From: the human T2T-CHM13v2.0 reference genome, Homo sapiens
Assembly (NCBI RefSeq): GCF_009914755.1
Contig: NC_060941.1
Reading direction: 5' to 3' (one strand)
DNA: 64,000 nt
Shown here: piece after piece, positions 1 through 15,795 of the stretch
How positions within the stretch are numbered: the stretch's first letter is position 1
Layout: the number at the start of each line of letters is the position of its first letter
Program-made: the position numbers and the translations under genes
The notes under the pieces: model-generated
What the model saw: the letters and a program-made list of their open reading frames with translations, nothing else
Database searches by the model: none
Told to the model about the DNA's origin: nothing

Positions 1-930
1 TTAACAGTTTATAGATGTAGATATGTGTATGAAATTGATGTAACTTATTGAATCTCTCAGTCTTTATGTAGCTCTTAAGGAAACATCATAAAAATTTATG
101 GATTTATTTTCTAATTGGATATACCAAAATAATTGAACTATTTTATTTTAAAATTGTACCTTTTTCAAATTAAGATTTTATGACTTACATGCCACCTTTG
201 TCAATATTCCTGCAAGGAAAGGGACATTTTAAATTTTTCAAACAATATTGTTTTGACAGTTTTTTTAAATGTACAATCTCTTATTTATCTGAGTTCAACC
301 TGAGATCACAAGAGAGAAGAATCTCTAAGTAAAACTATAGAATAACTTCATTAATGGTTACATCTACAAGGAGAGGGGAAGAAGAAATGGTTACATTTTG
401 AAAAGTATTAATTTCATTTGACTTTGAGCTATTAGAAGTCCAGATTTTTTAATCTGAGTACCCCATTTTAAAAAAAGAAATAAAACCTTGCAAAACACAC
501 CAGAATACATCCAGTAAAGGAAAATCAAGGTGAAAGATCAGAGAAAAAAATCAGTGTCTATTCTGTGAATGGTTGAAAGTTATAGAAAGACAGATTTTCA
601 ACTCAGTTTAAGTCCAAACTTTCTAATAATTTGATGTAGCAGTGTAATGGGCTGCATTACTAGTGAGTTCCTTATGTGAGTGTCCGAGCATATGCTGGAT
701 GACTTATCTAGAATAATGTAGAAGAGAATTAAACATTGAATGGGAGCTTAAATTAGTTAATTTCTGAGGTTCCCTTCCATTCTTAGAATTCTTTGATTTT
801 TATATTGAATTGAGAGAACTAGTATAGTTTTTATTTCAGCAAATTATAGCACCATTGTTCTCAAGGCATGGAAAATGTGCTTTTCATCTTTAAGATACTA
901 AACCTTTTCACTCATGGCAATTTTTTTTAG

Positions 931-1077
<147 letters not shown>

Positions 1078-1164
1078 TAATGTTTTCATTTTCCCCAAAA
1101 TGCAATGATTATTAATGCTTCAAGTCACTAATCACCTGATCATAGGAAAGAATAATAATTACAA

Positions 1165-1825
1165 AAAGATCAGCCATTTAAATATGTGGATAAACAGGCA
1201 CTCTTGTGGGAATATAAAATGGTACAACCTCTTTAGAAGACATCTTGGCAGTTTCTTAAAAAGATAAATATAAATTTATTATATCTTCTAGCAAGTCCTC
1301 TACTAGGAATCTACCCAAGGGAAGTGAAAACATTTCTCACAAACATTTGCATGAAAATGTTCACAGCAGCATTATTCATGATAGCTGAAAAGCATAAACA
1401 GCCCAGCTGTTCATCAGCTGATGAGTTGATAAACAAAATGTGATGTAGCCCTACAATGGAATACCATGAAATGACAAAAAGGAACAAACTACTGATACGT
1501 ATATATTACAATAAATGAACCTCAAAAACATACTAAGTGAAAGAAGGCAGATACAAGGGACCTTATATTGTATGACTCCACTTATGTGACTTGTCTAGAA
1601 AAGGCAAGTCTGTAGAGGTAGAGAATAGATTATTGGTTCTAGGGCTGGAAATGGGGAGTGATTGCGAATGGACATTGAGGGATCTTATTGAAGCAACAAA
1701 AATGTTCTAAACTGGATGATGGTGGTGGTTGTGCAATTCAGTGAACTTAATAAAAATTATTGACTTGTTCACTTCAAATGGGTGAATCTTATATGTAAAT
1801 TATACCTCAGTTTTAAAAATAAAAG
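1165..1825 (+). mobile_element. Old L1M (L1MB/ME-like) 3' end
   Basis: Typical L1M 3' motifs (CTAGGAATCTACCCAAG, TACAATGGAATAC, CTAAGTGAAAGAAG, TGTAAATTATACCTCA). Confidence 0.75.
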
Positions 1826-2574
1826 GGATCGTTAAAATTGAATATAATTTTACTTTGAAAAATTAACCAAAAAACAAAAAAATACAAAAAAAATTTAAAG
1901 ACAAATAACCCATTGTGTAGCAATTAGAAGTGCAATAACTTTGTCCTTCCAATTTGTATTTTTTACACTTTCAATATTATACAGTTTAAGAAAATTATAA
2001 AAAATACAGAGAAAATCATTTGCAATTTCTCCATACAAATACATCAGTTCTCTTTTTTCTTGTTCTTTCCATTAATTATCTATGCATTTACTTTACATAT
2101 TAACAGTACTATAACAATAATCTAGATACAAATTTGCATTCTGATTTTTTTAATTTTAATGGTATAAATATTTTTCCTTGTTTCAACATAGTCCTCATAG
2201 TTACATATTTAATGACTAAAATAATTGAATGGAAATAGCATTATTTATCCAGTCTCTACTGTTGAAAGGTAACACTGTCTCTATGATTGTACTATAAATA
2301 ATGCCACAGTGAATATTTTTATACATATTTTTAGGCATTTTTGTCTTTCGAAATATTTTTCTAGGGTCGTTGACAGAATTATGGATAATCAAAGTTACTT
2401 GCATTTTTATGTCATTTTCTATGTATTGCAAAATTGCTTTCCAGAAATTTGTGCTAAGTTGCACTGGTGATTTTTTTTTTAAGCCAGTATAAGATATGAA
2501 ACACTAATTAAAGGTGAACTTAGCACATTGTGGTTTATGTGAACAAGAAGGAGGCAATGTGGTATAGTAGATAA

Positions 2575-2881
<307 letters not shown>

Positions 2882-3169
2882 TTGTATTTCAGCACTTAAT
2901 TACCTGGACAATCACAGGCAAGTGATTTAACCTTCCTGCACCTCAGTTTCCAGCCCAATAGAATGAGGCTAACTCTTGCTTTGTAAAGTCAGTGTGGGGA
3001 TGAGCTACAATGAATATAAAGAGTCTGGCAGGGTGCCTGGCATATTGTTAAATACATAGTAGCCAGTAATGTTATTTAACTGTATCTCTACTCATCTAGA
3101 GGGAAATCATCATTACAGATGAAGGAAAATGTTGGATAAAAATAATTTTTCTTTTTCTTTTGTTTCTAG

Positions 3170-3797
<628 letters not shown>

Positions 3798-3947
3798 TGA
3801 TTAAGCAATTAGCACAAGCTTTAGCAAAACAACATACAGTTGTTATATTTGTATCCTTACTGTTTTGGTCTTATTAAATTTTACAAAATATTATTACCCA
3901 GCAAATAGTCTGAGAGAAAAATCTAAAACATATCTTCCATATTCTAG

Positions 3948-4106
<159 letters not shown>

Positions 4107-4432
4107 TAAGTTACGTTTCCCCAAAAAGTAGATTTCTTGAGATTTAGCCATAATTGGTTAACAAGTGAAGACTTGTGTAGATGAAATGTGCCATGTAATT
4201 TAAATGTGAAAGACTATACTAGTTGTACTTACACAGATACTGGTGTTTTGTTTTATTATGTAAGAGCCGAAGTAATAAGTTACACTGAGTACTTATCCCT
4301 AAATTTGCATGCTCATATACGTGTGGTTACTTTTGTAGATGGTATTTTAATAGAAAACCCTCATTTATCCAAACATCCAGAGTATGGGGTTTATTGTAAA
4401 ACGTGCTGTTTTTTTTAACTTCTGTTTTTTAG

Positions 4433-4484
4433 ATGGAAAGTTCAAGTAACAAATAAAGGATACTACAACTTAAGAAAACCCAAG
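4433..4484 (+). CDS. DGKE: DGKE exon 7, (R)WKVQVTNKGYYNLRKPK
   Basis: tttttag|A TGG...AAG|gtatgt; 52 nt, restores phase 0. Confidence 0.95.
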
Positions 4485-4612
4485 GTATGTTGTTAGTGCC
4501 TCAGTTGCAAGTGGTTTCAGCTTCATTGCACAAGATACGGCACTCTGTGGTGGGATACAGAGACCTGGTGCTTATCTCAAGGGAGCTGGCTGTGGAGCAG
4601 AACAGAAGCTTA

Positions 4613-4885
4613 TATGCTTACCTCACAAGCTGGACTGTAAATGTGTTATGGGAGAGAACAGGGTGCAGGTATGCTTAGTTCTGCCCTAGCTGAGAAGATT
4701 CAGAGGAAGTGGTACAGGAGTTGGTCCTTAAAAAAGCAAAGGACTTTCCAGGCAGAGGGAAAAGAGGTGAGAGAGTGCAAAGCATGGTTAGCAAGTAGCA
4801 AATAATACAGAGAGAGTAGATCTGTATTTTTAAAAGATACTCTGGAGATAATGTGAAAATAGCTCAGAAGCCTGCACTAGGTAGA
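4613..4885 (+). repeat. 273-bp segment, copy 1 (duplicated at 6106-6379)
   Basis: Direct repeat, ~8 substitutions and 1 indel by eye. Confidence 0.92.
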
Positions 4886-5368
4886 ATCAGGATGAGGACA
4901 ATGCAAAGACATTTTAGAGGTAGAATTAATCAATACTTGACAACTGATTAGTATAAAGGGGAGAGAGAAAATACATATTACTATTAGATTTCTGGTTTTT
5001 ATAACTGAATATATGGAAATGACTATAAGAAAAATACCAAGTTTCAGGTTTGGGTAGGAAGAAAATGAGATAGATATTGGGCATATCAATCTAAAAGTTT
5101 TCGTAGTGTTAAACAAGAAGTTGGACGTTTAGGCTTATTGCTCAGGAATAAAGACAGAGCTAGAGATGCAGATTGAGGAATCTAGACTGGGTTAGGAAGT
5201 AAAATAAACTGGGGAGGGGGCAGGGGGAGTAGCCCAAGTTGTGGGATTCACATCCCTATTTATCAGCCTTTGAACTGAAGCCTTATTTCTGATAATTGTT
5301 TAAATGCTGAGAATGCATAAGAGAATGTGGGGAGTGAGAGGGGAAAAGAGGGCCAAGAACTACATCTT

Positions 5369-5685
<317 letters not shown>

Positions 5686-6105
5686 TGAACTACATCTTGC
5701 AAATAGATATATTTAGGTGACACAGATTAAGAGAGGCCACTAAAGGAGACTAAAGAGTGTAGTAAGTAAATAAGGAGAAAACAGAGAAAGAGAATTACAG
5801 TAGGTGGGTGATAAACAGCAAAATTAAAGCAGACTTTAAAGAAGAGCATTTGGGGAACACTGATGCATGTTTCTCTGCTTCTCCATCTCCTTGCCACTGA
5901 AATCCCTCTAAAATGTGCCTCTAAAAGATCTTGTATAGGTCTTTGAGAAGGCACAAAACCTTAAGGAGAAAGAGATCACAGCAGTCTTCAGAAGCCAAAA
6001 CTAGGAAGGTTCGCATATTGAAAAAAGCTCAAAAGTGCCTACACTGCAGAAAACCAAGAAAGAAACCAGTTTATTGAGCAGAACCAAGCAAAGGCTTAGG
6101 AATTC

Positions 6106-6451
6106 TATGCTTACCTCACAAGCTAGACTATAAATGTGTTATGGGAGAGAACAGGGTGCAGGTGTGTTTAGTTCTGCCCTAGCTGAGAAGATTCAGAGGA
6201 AGTGATACGGGAGTTGGTCCTTAAAAAAAGCAAAGGACTTTCCAGGCAGAGGGAAAAGAGATGAGAGAGTGCAAAGCATGGTTAGCAAGTAGCAAATAAT
6301 ACAGAGAGAGTAGATCTGTATTTTTAAAAGATACTCTGGAGATAATGTGAAAATAGCTTAGAAGCCTGCACTAGGTAGAGGCTTCTACCACATCACTCAG
6401 AGAGCAGTAGTATAGAGTCACCACATCACTCAGAGAGCAGTAGTATAGAGT
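6106..6451 (+). repeat. 273-bp segment, copy 2 (6106-6379), plus an adjacent 32-bp tandem duplication (6387-6418, 6420-6451)
   Basis: Direct comparison; unit ACCACATCACTCAGAGAGCAGTAGTATAGAGT occurs twice. Confidence 0.92.
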
Positions 6452-7171
6452 GGTTCTGAAAATAGAAGGAGTGAGCAAAAGAAGCTGTTTGTCCCCTAGA
6501 TCACTTCCCCTTTCCCCAACTTCACATGGTCATTTACTACCCTCCTCAACTCAGGTAGTAGATTGGAGGTTTACTCCGGAAAGTTTAGAGACTCTAGCCA
6601 GCTAACGCCATACTGAAAACAGATTTAGTGCAAAGTGAGATCACTGGCCCTTTTCATCCACTCAACTTCAAGAATAGTGGCAGAGAGGATTTCTCTCTGG
6701 GGAAGCTAACTTGCCCAAGATAAAAATTAACAGGTACCAATATTTGAGTGTCCCGTAGCAAAAGGACCAGATTTTTGCACTGTAGTCCTATAATGAAGCT
6801 TATACCCTAGCAAGAGCTGCTTTTGGATGCAAAGTTCACAGTTTGCCTTTTATGCCTTACTCTTAAAACATGAATATATACAGCCAAGGATTGGAGGCAC
6901 AAACAAACATTTAAGGAAAGCCTCTGCCATGAGAGAGCCCCAAAGAAACAACAAGAAAGAATTGTAGGAAACACAGTCCAGGAAGCTGAAGGAAGTCAGG
7001 GAGTGGGACTAATGTTCTCAGAGAAAAATGAAAATATTAATAGAACAGGGTTCTATAAAAGGAACATTCAGAAACACATACCTCAAAAAAGGCTCTTATA
7101 AACTAAAATTCGGTATCAGATTGGAAAGTACAATTGAAGACACCACTCAGAAAATACAACAAAAAGCAAAG

Positions 7172-7697
<526 letters not shown>

Positions 7698-8090
7698 TTA
7701 TGTTATTTAGAAATATAGAGATAAATACCAGAAGAAACTACGGAAAGAGCTCTGGGAGCAGGAATTATAAATGAGGAGGAGTAGACAGAAAACTGCAGTG
7801 TTTCCTTTGAAGCCTTGTAGAACTATATAGCTTATTAAAGTGGATTGCTTTGATTTATTTAAAAAAAAAAATTGAACGTAAAAAAATAGAGAAAGTATTG
7901 AGAGATCCTTTAAAATGGTTCCTGTGCTTAAAAGTATTTGTCAGTTATCATAGTGCCTGAAATGCCAACATTAAAGATGTATTTCTCTTTTTGATAGTAG
8001 CCAATCTAATAGGTGTGAGGTGATATAGCTCATTGTGGTTTTCATTTGCAATTCTCTGATGATTAGAAATGTTGAGCATTTTTTCATATG

Positions 8091-8325
8091 CAGGTTGAAT
8101 ATCCCTTATCCAAAAAAATGGGACCAAAAGTATTTCAGATTTCTGATTTTTTTGGATTTTGGAATATGTGCAGAATATGTACCCCTTGAGCATTTCTAAT
8201 CTGAAAAGCTGAAATCCAAAATGCTCCCATGAGCATTTCCTCTGAGTGTCATGTCAGTGTTCAAAAAGTTTGAGATTTGGGGACATTTCAGATTTCAGAT
8301 GTTCATATTAGGGATGCTGAACCTG
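8091..8325. mobile_element. MER46-like (Tigger-derived) DNA transposon
   Basis: TIRs CAGGTTGAATATCCCT ... AGGGATGCTGAACCTG; 235 bp. Confidence 0.8.
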
Positions 8326-9557
8326 TGTCTGTTGGCCATTTTTATGTCTTTTGAGAAATGTCTCTTCAAGTCCTTTGCCCATTTTTTAATAAGATTATTG
8401 GTTGTTATTGAGTAACTTGAGTTCCTTCTACATTTTGGAGATTAGTTCCTTATCGAGTGTATAATTTACAGAGATTTTCTCCCAAGCTGTGGGTTGCCTC
8501 TTCACTCTATTGTTTTCCTTTGCTGTGTAGAATCTTTTTAGTGTGATGCAATCCCTTTTGTCTATTTTTACTTTTATTGCCTATGCTTTTGAGATCATAT
8601 CAAACAAATATCAAACAAATAACTGCCCAGGCCAATGTCATGAAGCTTTTTCCTTACATTTTCCTTTAGTACTTTTATAGTTTCAGGTTGTACATTTAAG
8701 TCTTTAATCCATTTTGAATTGATTCTTTATAATGGGTGAAATAAGGGTTGATTTTCATTGTTCTGCATGTGGATATCCAGCTTTCCCAGTACCATTTATT
8801 GATGAGACTCTCCTTTCCCTATTGTATGTTCTTGGCACCTTTGTCAGAAATCAGTTGGCCATAGATATGTGTATTTATTTGGGGCTTTTCTATCCTATTT
8901 CATTGGTGAGTAATAACAAATGTTGGCAAGGATGTGGAAAAGAGAGAATCCTTATACACTATTGGCATTGCAAATTAGTACAACCATTTTGGGAAACAAT
9001 ATGGAGGTTTCTCAAAAAACTAAAACTAGAATTACCATATGTTCCAGCAATCCCATTTATAGATATATACCCAAAGGAATTGAAATCAGTATATCAAACA
9101 GATGTCCATGCTGCCATGTTCATTGCAGCATTATGTACAATAGCCAAGATGCAGAAATAACCTAAGTGCCCATCAGTGAATGAATGGTTTTTTTAAGTAT
9201 GCCATATATACACAATGGAAAACTATTCAGACTTTAAAAAAAAAAAAAAACAGGAAAATCTGTCATTCTCGGCAACATAGCTGAACCTAGAGGACATTAT
9301 GTTAAATAAATAAACCAGTCACAGAGAGACAAATATTGTATGATGTCACTTATATGTGGAATCTAAAAAATCAAACTCAAAGTCGAGAGTAGAATAATGG
9401 TTACCAGAGGCTGTAGAGAGTAGTAGAGTAGATGGAGAAAGGGGAGACATTGGTTAATAGGTACAAAGTTTTAGTTAGGAAGAATAAGTTCTGCTATTGC
9501 ACAGCTTGGTGACTATAGTTAATAATAATGCATATTTTCAAATTGCTAAAAGAGAGG

Positions 9558-9872
9558 TTTTTTGTTTTTGTTTTTTGTTTTTTTTGTGTTTTTTTGAGAC
9601 GGGGTCTCATTTGACCATGCAGTGGCGTGATCACGGCTCACTGCAGCCTAGACCTCTAGGGCTCAAGTGATCTTCACACCTTAGCCTCATTAGTAACTGG
9701 GACTACAGGCACATGCCACCACACCCAGCCAATTTTATTTTTATTATTTTCAATAGAGACAAGATTTTTCTGTGTTGCCCGGGCTGGTCTCAAACTCCTG
9801 GGCTCAAGCAGTCCACGCCCCTCAGCCTCCCAAAGTGCTGGGATTACAAATGTGAACCACTGTGCTCAGCCT
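9558..9872 (-). mobile_element. AluJ inserted in L1
   Basis: TSD TAAAAGAGAGG. Confidence 0.88.
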
Positions 9873-10981
9873 AAAAGAGAGGATTTTAGATGTTCTCACC
9901 ACAAATAAATGATAAACATTTGAGGTGATGGATATGCAAAAAAAAATGATGTATTTCTCATTCATACCAGGATGTATTACTATTCAGTAATAAAGCAGAG
10001 CTGAGTATTTAAAAATATTTATCTTATCAGAGATCATTCCTCCAAAGAAAGATGGACAAAGTTTCACACCAGTTAGATGATTCAAATAAGAAGACATGTT
10101 CTTCAGCCATTTGCTGTCAAGAAATAAGATATGTCATTAAAAATAAATATACTACAATCAAGTAGGGTCTGCTTACCTCTATAGAAGAACATCCAGACAA
10201 TCAAATAAAAGAAGGAACTTCATTTCTCTATACATTCAAGCAAGTGTTTTGTGCCCATCTGGTGCCAGGCACTGTCGTAGGTGCTGGAGTTTCAGTGATG
10301 AAGGCCTTGTCCTTATGAAGCTTATATTGCCCCACTCTTAGTTTCTGAATAAAGGACACCTAGGAAACTAGAAAAAAAAAATTCAGTTAAAAAATAAAGG
10401 CAAATTAATGTACATTGACATATTTTATTTAAAATAAGGTGTTTATGGGTTTTTTTTTTTAAAGAACAACTAGGATTGAAAATTATATTTTGGCAGTGAA
10501 GGGACAGACATTTAGTTCCATAAGAGATGAACGGGAAAAGCATGAAAAGAACAAGTGACCAAATTTAGACTTAACCATCAAAAGGAGGAAGAGCGTCTTT
10601 GATTTGGAGGAGAAAGGTGCACTTGAGTAAAGTCAGAGTTTTTAGATGGCAGAAAGAGAGCATGAGAATTCATACCTTTCATACCTGAGGATCTCACTTT
10701 TTTCAGTGAGGCAAGAATCAAGATCATCTGAACATAACAAAGGCAGGGGAGCTGGTTATCAGGGACTTGAAGAGAGGTAAATTTTGAATTAAACCACTAG
10801 GGAATACAGGAAAGGAGTCATCTAAAGGGTTACTGTGTCCTATTAGCGATTGTGTCCAGCCATCCTTAGAAATAACTTTGTAACAGGATCATAATTATAA
10901 GATTCTTACCAGCAATGTCCAGCAACCTGGAAATAGAGCAGAGAAAACAGTTTGGTTTAGAGAAGATTAGCAAGTAAGGCT

Positions 10982-11389
<408 letters not shown>

Positions 11390-11770
11390 TTAAGGTGAGA
11401 CCAGTAGCCTGGGTTGGGACTAATAGAAGCTGAGAGCTTGGAGGCTGTGATAAATGTAAAGAGCAAATGTAATGGGAACACAGGCATGAAAAGCCTGGAA
11501 GCATCAAGTAGAGCCATTCTAGATGGTAAGGTCTGAGGTGTAGCATATAAAACAGAAATGGAAGATGAGATTCACATCTGTAGTTATCAGCCTTAAATGG
11601 AAGCTTTATTTCTGGTAACTTCACTGGACAGTATAAAATAGCCATGTGAAAAGTAAATGCAGAAAGCATCTCCATTGTCAAAAGAACACAAAGACTAAGA
11701 TTGACATTTAATTATGACTCAAGCTTAGGTGGAACCATAGTCTGTTGCTTATTCTTACCCTTTCTCACAG

Positions 11771-11884
11771 GAATTCACAATGAACAACTATTTTTCTGTT
11801 GGACCTGATGCTCTCATGGCTCTCAATTTTCATGCTCATCGTGAGAAGGCACCATCTCTGTTTTCTAGCAGAATTCTTAATAAG
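11771..11884 (+). CDS. DGKE: DGKE exon 8, [38 protein letters not shown] (accessory DAGKa domain)
   Basis: tcacag|GAA...AAG|gtgtgt; 114 nt; NNYFSVG motif. Confidence 0.97.
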
Positions 11885-12074
11885 GTGTGTTGGATAAAAT
11901 AACATTTCCTGCTTATCACCGAAGGTACAGTAAAAATCAATAGTTCAATTATATTTAGCACTCCTAGATTCAGATTTAACTAACTTACAGAAATATTTAC
12001 CTGCTCTGTTTTGTGTAGGGTTGTCAAATTAGATCTTTTTTTTTTTTAATTAGATCTTTAAATGTGCTTTATCA

Positions 12075-12388
<314 letters not shown>

Positions 12389-13051
12389 TTATATAACTCT
12401 AACAAATTTTTTAAATTCAAATTTGGGATGTTTTATAGCATATTTTGCTTAGATGGCAACTAAATGGAATATATGATAGTTTATCTTAAATGGCAGCTAA
12501 AATTGGAAGGAAATTTTAGGCAGAATAAATTTTTGGTGAAGTCATTAATGGAAAAGTAGATTTCATTGGTTTGAAAAACCTCCAAAAGGCAGATGAGATA
12601 AAAGAGCAGCCTGTTTGCCACAGCTTTGAACTAAGGTCATCTCTGGTTTCTAGTATAGTTGATTCCGTTGATGGAATTTTGCTTAGGAATTTTTTTAATA
12701 ACGTTTGGTGATTGACCAACAGGATATCAAAAATAAATGCCTAGCAATTATATTCCTGGTTCTGTTTTACAAATATTTCAAATTTTGAAATAGTTCCCTT
12801 TTATTAATATAGTTACTAAGGTAATACGTATTACTATTTATACAATTGATAATTAACTCAGTCCTTACATCAACCTTTTTGTATTCATAAGTGATTAGAA
12901 AATGTTTGTTAGATTAATACGCATTACTATTCCTAAGTAATCTGAAGTACTAGGAAAAAGTGGAATTTTCTAATTCGAATATTTTTCTTTATAAAATACA
13001 ACTTTTTTGATAAATTGGGAGAAAACACCATTTAGAAAAAAATCACTTCTA

Positions 13052-13483
<432 letters not shown>

Positions 13484-13853
13484 CTAGAACTTTTAAACTA
13501 TTAATAGCCTAAGAGAATAAAATGTAAAATACAAATGATGCCAAAAGTATCTGTAATATGTTAAAGGCATTTTTATTTTTACATTGTGTTTTGATTATAG
13601 ATTTCCATTGCTGCTCCTAGTGGATTCCAATTTTACCCTTTAAAATTACTAGAATGGAGGTGTTGGATAGGGCCAGAGGTTGCACACCAAAAGTATCCCC
13701 TTTGGTTGCCCTTCTTTTCATCAGCATCTAGTCTACCATAAGGAGAATGTGTGCTTCAACATTCTTAAAGGGAGCTTTGATACAGCGTATTTTTTCTTAT
13801 TGTTTACAGGGTTAGATTGTTTTAATATTATATTTTCTGTCCATTTTTCATAG

Positions 13854-13925
13854 GCGGTTTACTTATTCTATGGAACCAAAGATTGTTTAGTGCAAGAATG
13901 TAAAGATTTGAATAAAAAAGTTGAG
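13854..13925 (+). CDS. DGKE: DGKE exon 9, AVYLFYGTKDCLVQECKDLNKKVE
   Basis: tcatag|GCG...GAG|gtaagc; 72 nt, phase 0/0. Confidence 0.96.
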
Positions 13926-14363
13926 GTAAGCTATTAACACTTTTTATTTTTTAAAGTTTTAGGTGGTCTCTGGATTATGAAGACTTTTTAAACAGAAATG
14001 CTAAACTTTGTTAATATATTTTGCCAGCATACATAGAGTATTTATTTGTGTGCCAGGCACTTTGCTACATGCTTTATACACATTGTCCCTCTAAATTCTC
14101 TCCACAATTCTATAAGGTATGTATTATATATTCACATTATGCAGAAAAGAAAACTATTTTAAATGAAGTAATTTGCCCAAATTCTCTCATTTAATGCCTA
14201 AATGCACATGTAATCAAGATGTGAACCCAGATTTATGTAAATCCAGTCTGTTTAACTATTAGGGTGAGTGGCCTCCATTCATACATGATAAATAATTTAC
14301 AGTTATCTAATACAGTGCCTGACTCAACATAAAGACACAGAGGAAGTTTAAATGGAAAGTTTA

Positions 14364-14646
<283 letters not shown>

Positions 14647-14684
14647 TTATTGCAACAGCATCTCTGACATCATGATATGGCAGT

Positions 14685-14977
14685 CTTTTTTTTTTTGAGA
14701 TGGAGTCTCACTCTGTCGTCCAGGCTGGAGTGCAGTGGTGCGATCTCCGCTCACTGCAAGCTCTGTCTCCCTGGTTCACACCATTCTCCTGCCTCATCCT
14801 CCTAAGCAGCTGGGATTACAGGCGCCCACCACTACGCCCGGCTAATTTTTTGTATTTTTAGTAGAGACGGGGTTTCACGTGTTAGCCAGGATGGTCTCGA
14901 TCTCCTGACCTCGTGATCTGCCCGACTCAGCCTCCCAAAGTGCTGGGATTACAGGCGTAAGCCACCGCGCCCAGCCA
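14685..14977 (-). mobile_element. AluY
   Basis: TSD GATATGGCAGTCTT; AluY diagnostics. Confidence 0.9.
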
Positions 14978-15514
14978 GATATGGCAGTCTTATATGTATT
15001 CCTTGCTTGATTCCAAAAAGAATCTGTAATGGTTAATAGCAACAACAGAGACATTAATTCAGAGAAACCTAGAACTGATAAAATAAATAAAAAGAGATCA
15101 TAAACAGTTTGGGAAAAGAGACAATGAGCAGGGAGTAAGGAGACTGATTATACATTAGTCAAGGAAAAATGTTGCCGTTAGGCGTAATGTTTAGCTCAAA
15201 GTCTCTGGGCTGCCATGGCGTAGAAGTAAGCAAGATTTTCTGTTAAAAAGAGTGTTATGTTACTTTATCATATTTTATTTTTCCTAGGCTTTGATGGTAG
15301 AGTAAAGCATACAAGCATATAAAATAAAGACTTTTATTTTATTGTCTGACATTTTATTTATATAAAAATACAAATTATTTTTAATTATACAGAAATAAAA
15401 TAAATTTTATTTATATACCTACAAAATAGTCATTGTCCTCGATACTGGAGGTAGACAGTGATAAATCCCTTGCTCTACATTTACAGTCTAGGGTGAAGAA
15501 AGATATTTAAGCCA

Positions 15515-15795
15515 GTCTGGGCACAGTGGCTCATGCCTGTAATCCCAGCACTTTGGGAGGCCAAAGTGGGAGGATTGCTTGAGGCAAGGAGACTAGCCTG
15601 GGCAACATAGTGAGACTCCACTTTTATAAAAAATAAAAATAGCTGAGCATAGTGGCATGTACCTGTGGTCCTAGCTGCTCAGGAGGCTGAGGGAGGCAGA
15701 TCACTTGAACCCAGCAGGCAGAGGCTACAGTAAGCCATGATTGTACCACTGCACACCAGTCTGGGTGACAGATTGAGACCCTGTCTCCAAGAAGA
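15515..15795 (+). mobile_element. AluJ
   Basis: TSD AGAAAGATATTTAA. Confidence 0.85.

Larger units (their letters stand above)
7988..9946. mobile_element. L1MA-type element with 5' inversion (minus 7988-~8907, plus ~8908-9946), interrupted by a MER46-like MITE and an Alu
   Basis: The two arms are contiguous in L1 coordinates; TSD GATGTATTTCTC at 7976-7987 and 9948-9959. Confidence 0.85.

Noticed and set aside
8732-9165. 142-aa ORF with L1 ORF2-like C-terminal residues
   Set aside because: Decayed L1 spanning the inversion junction; not a functional gene
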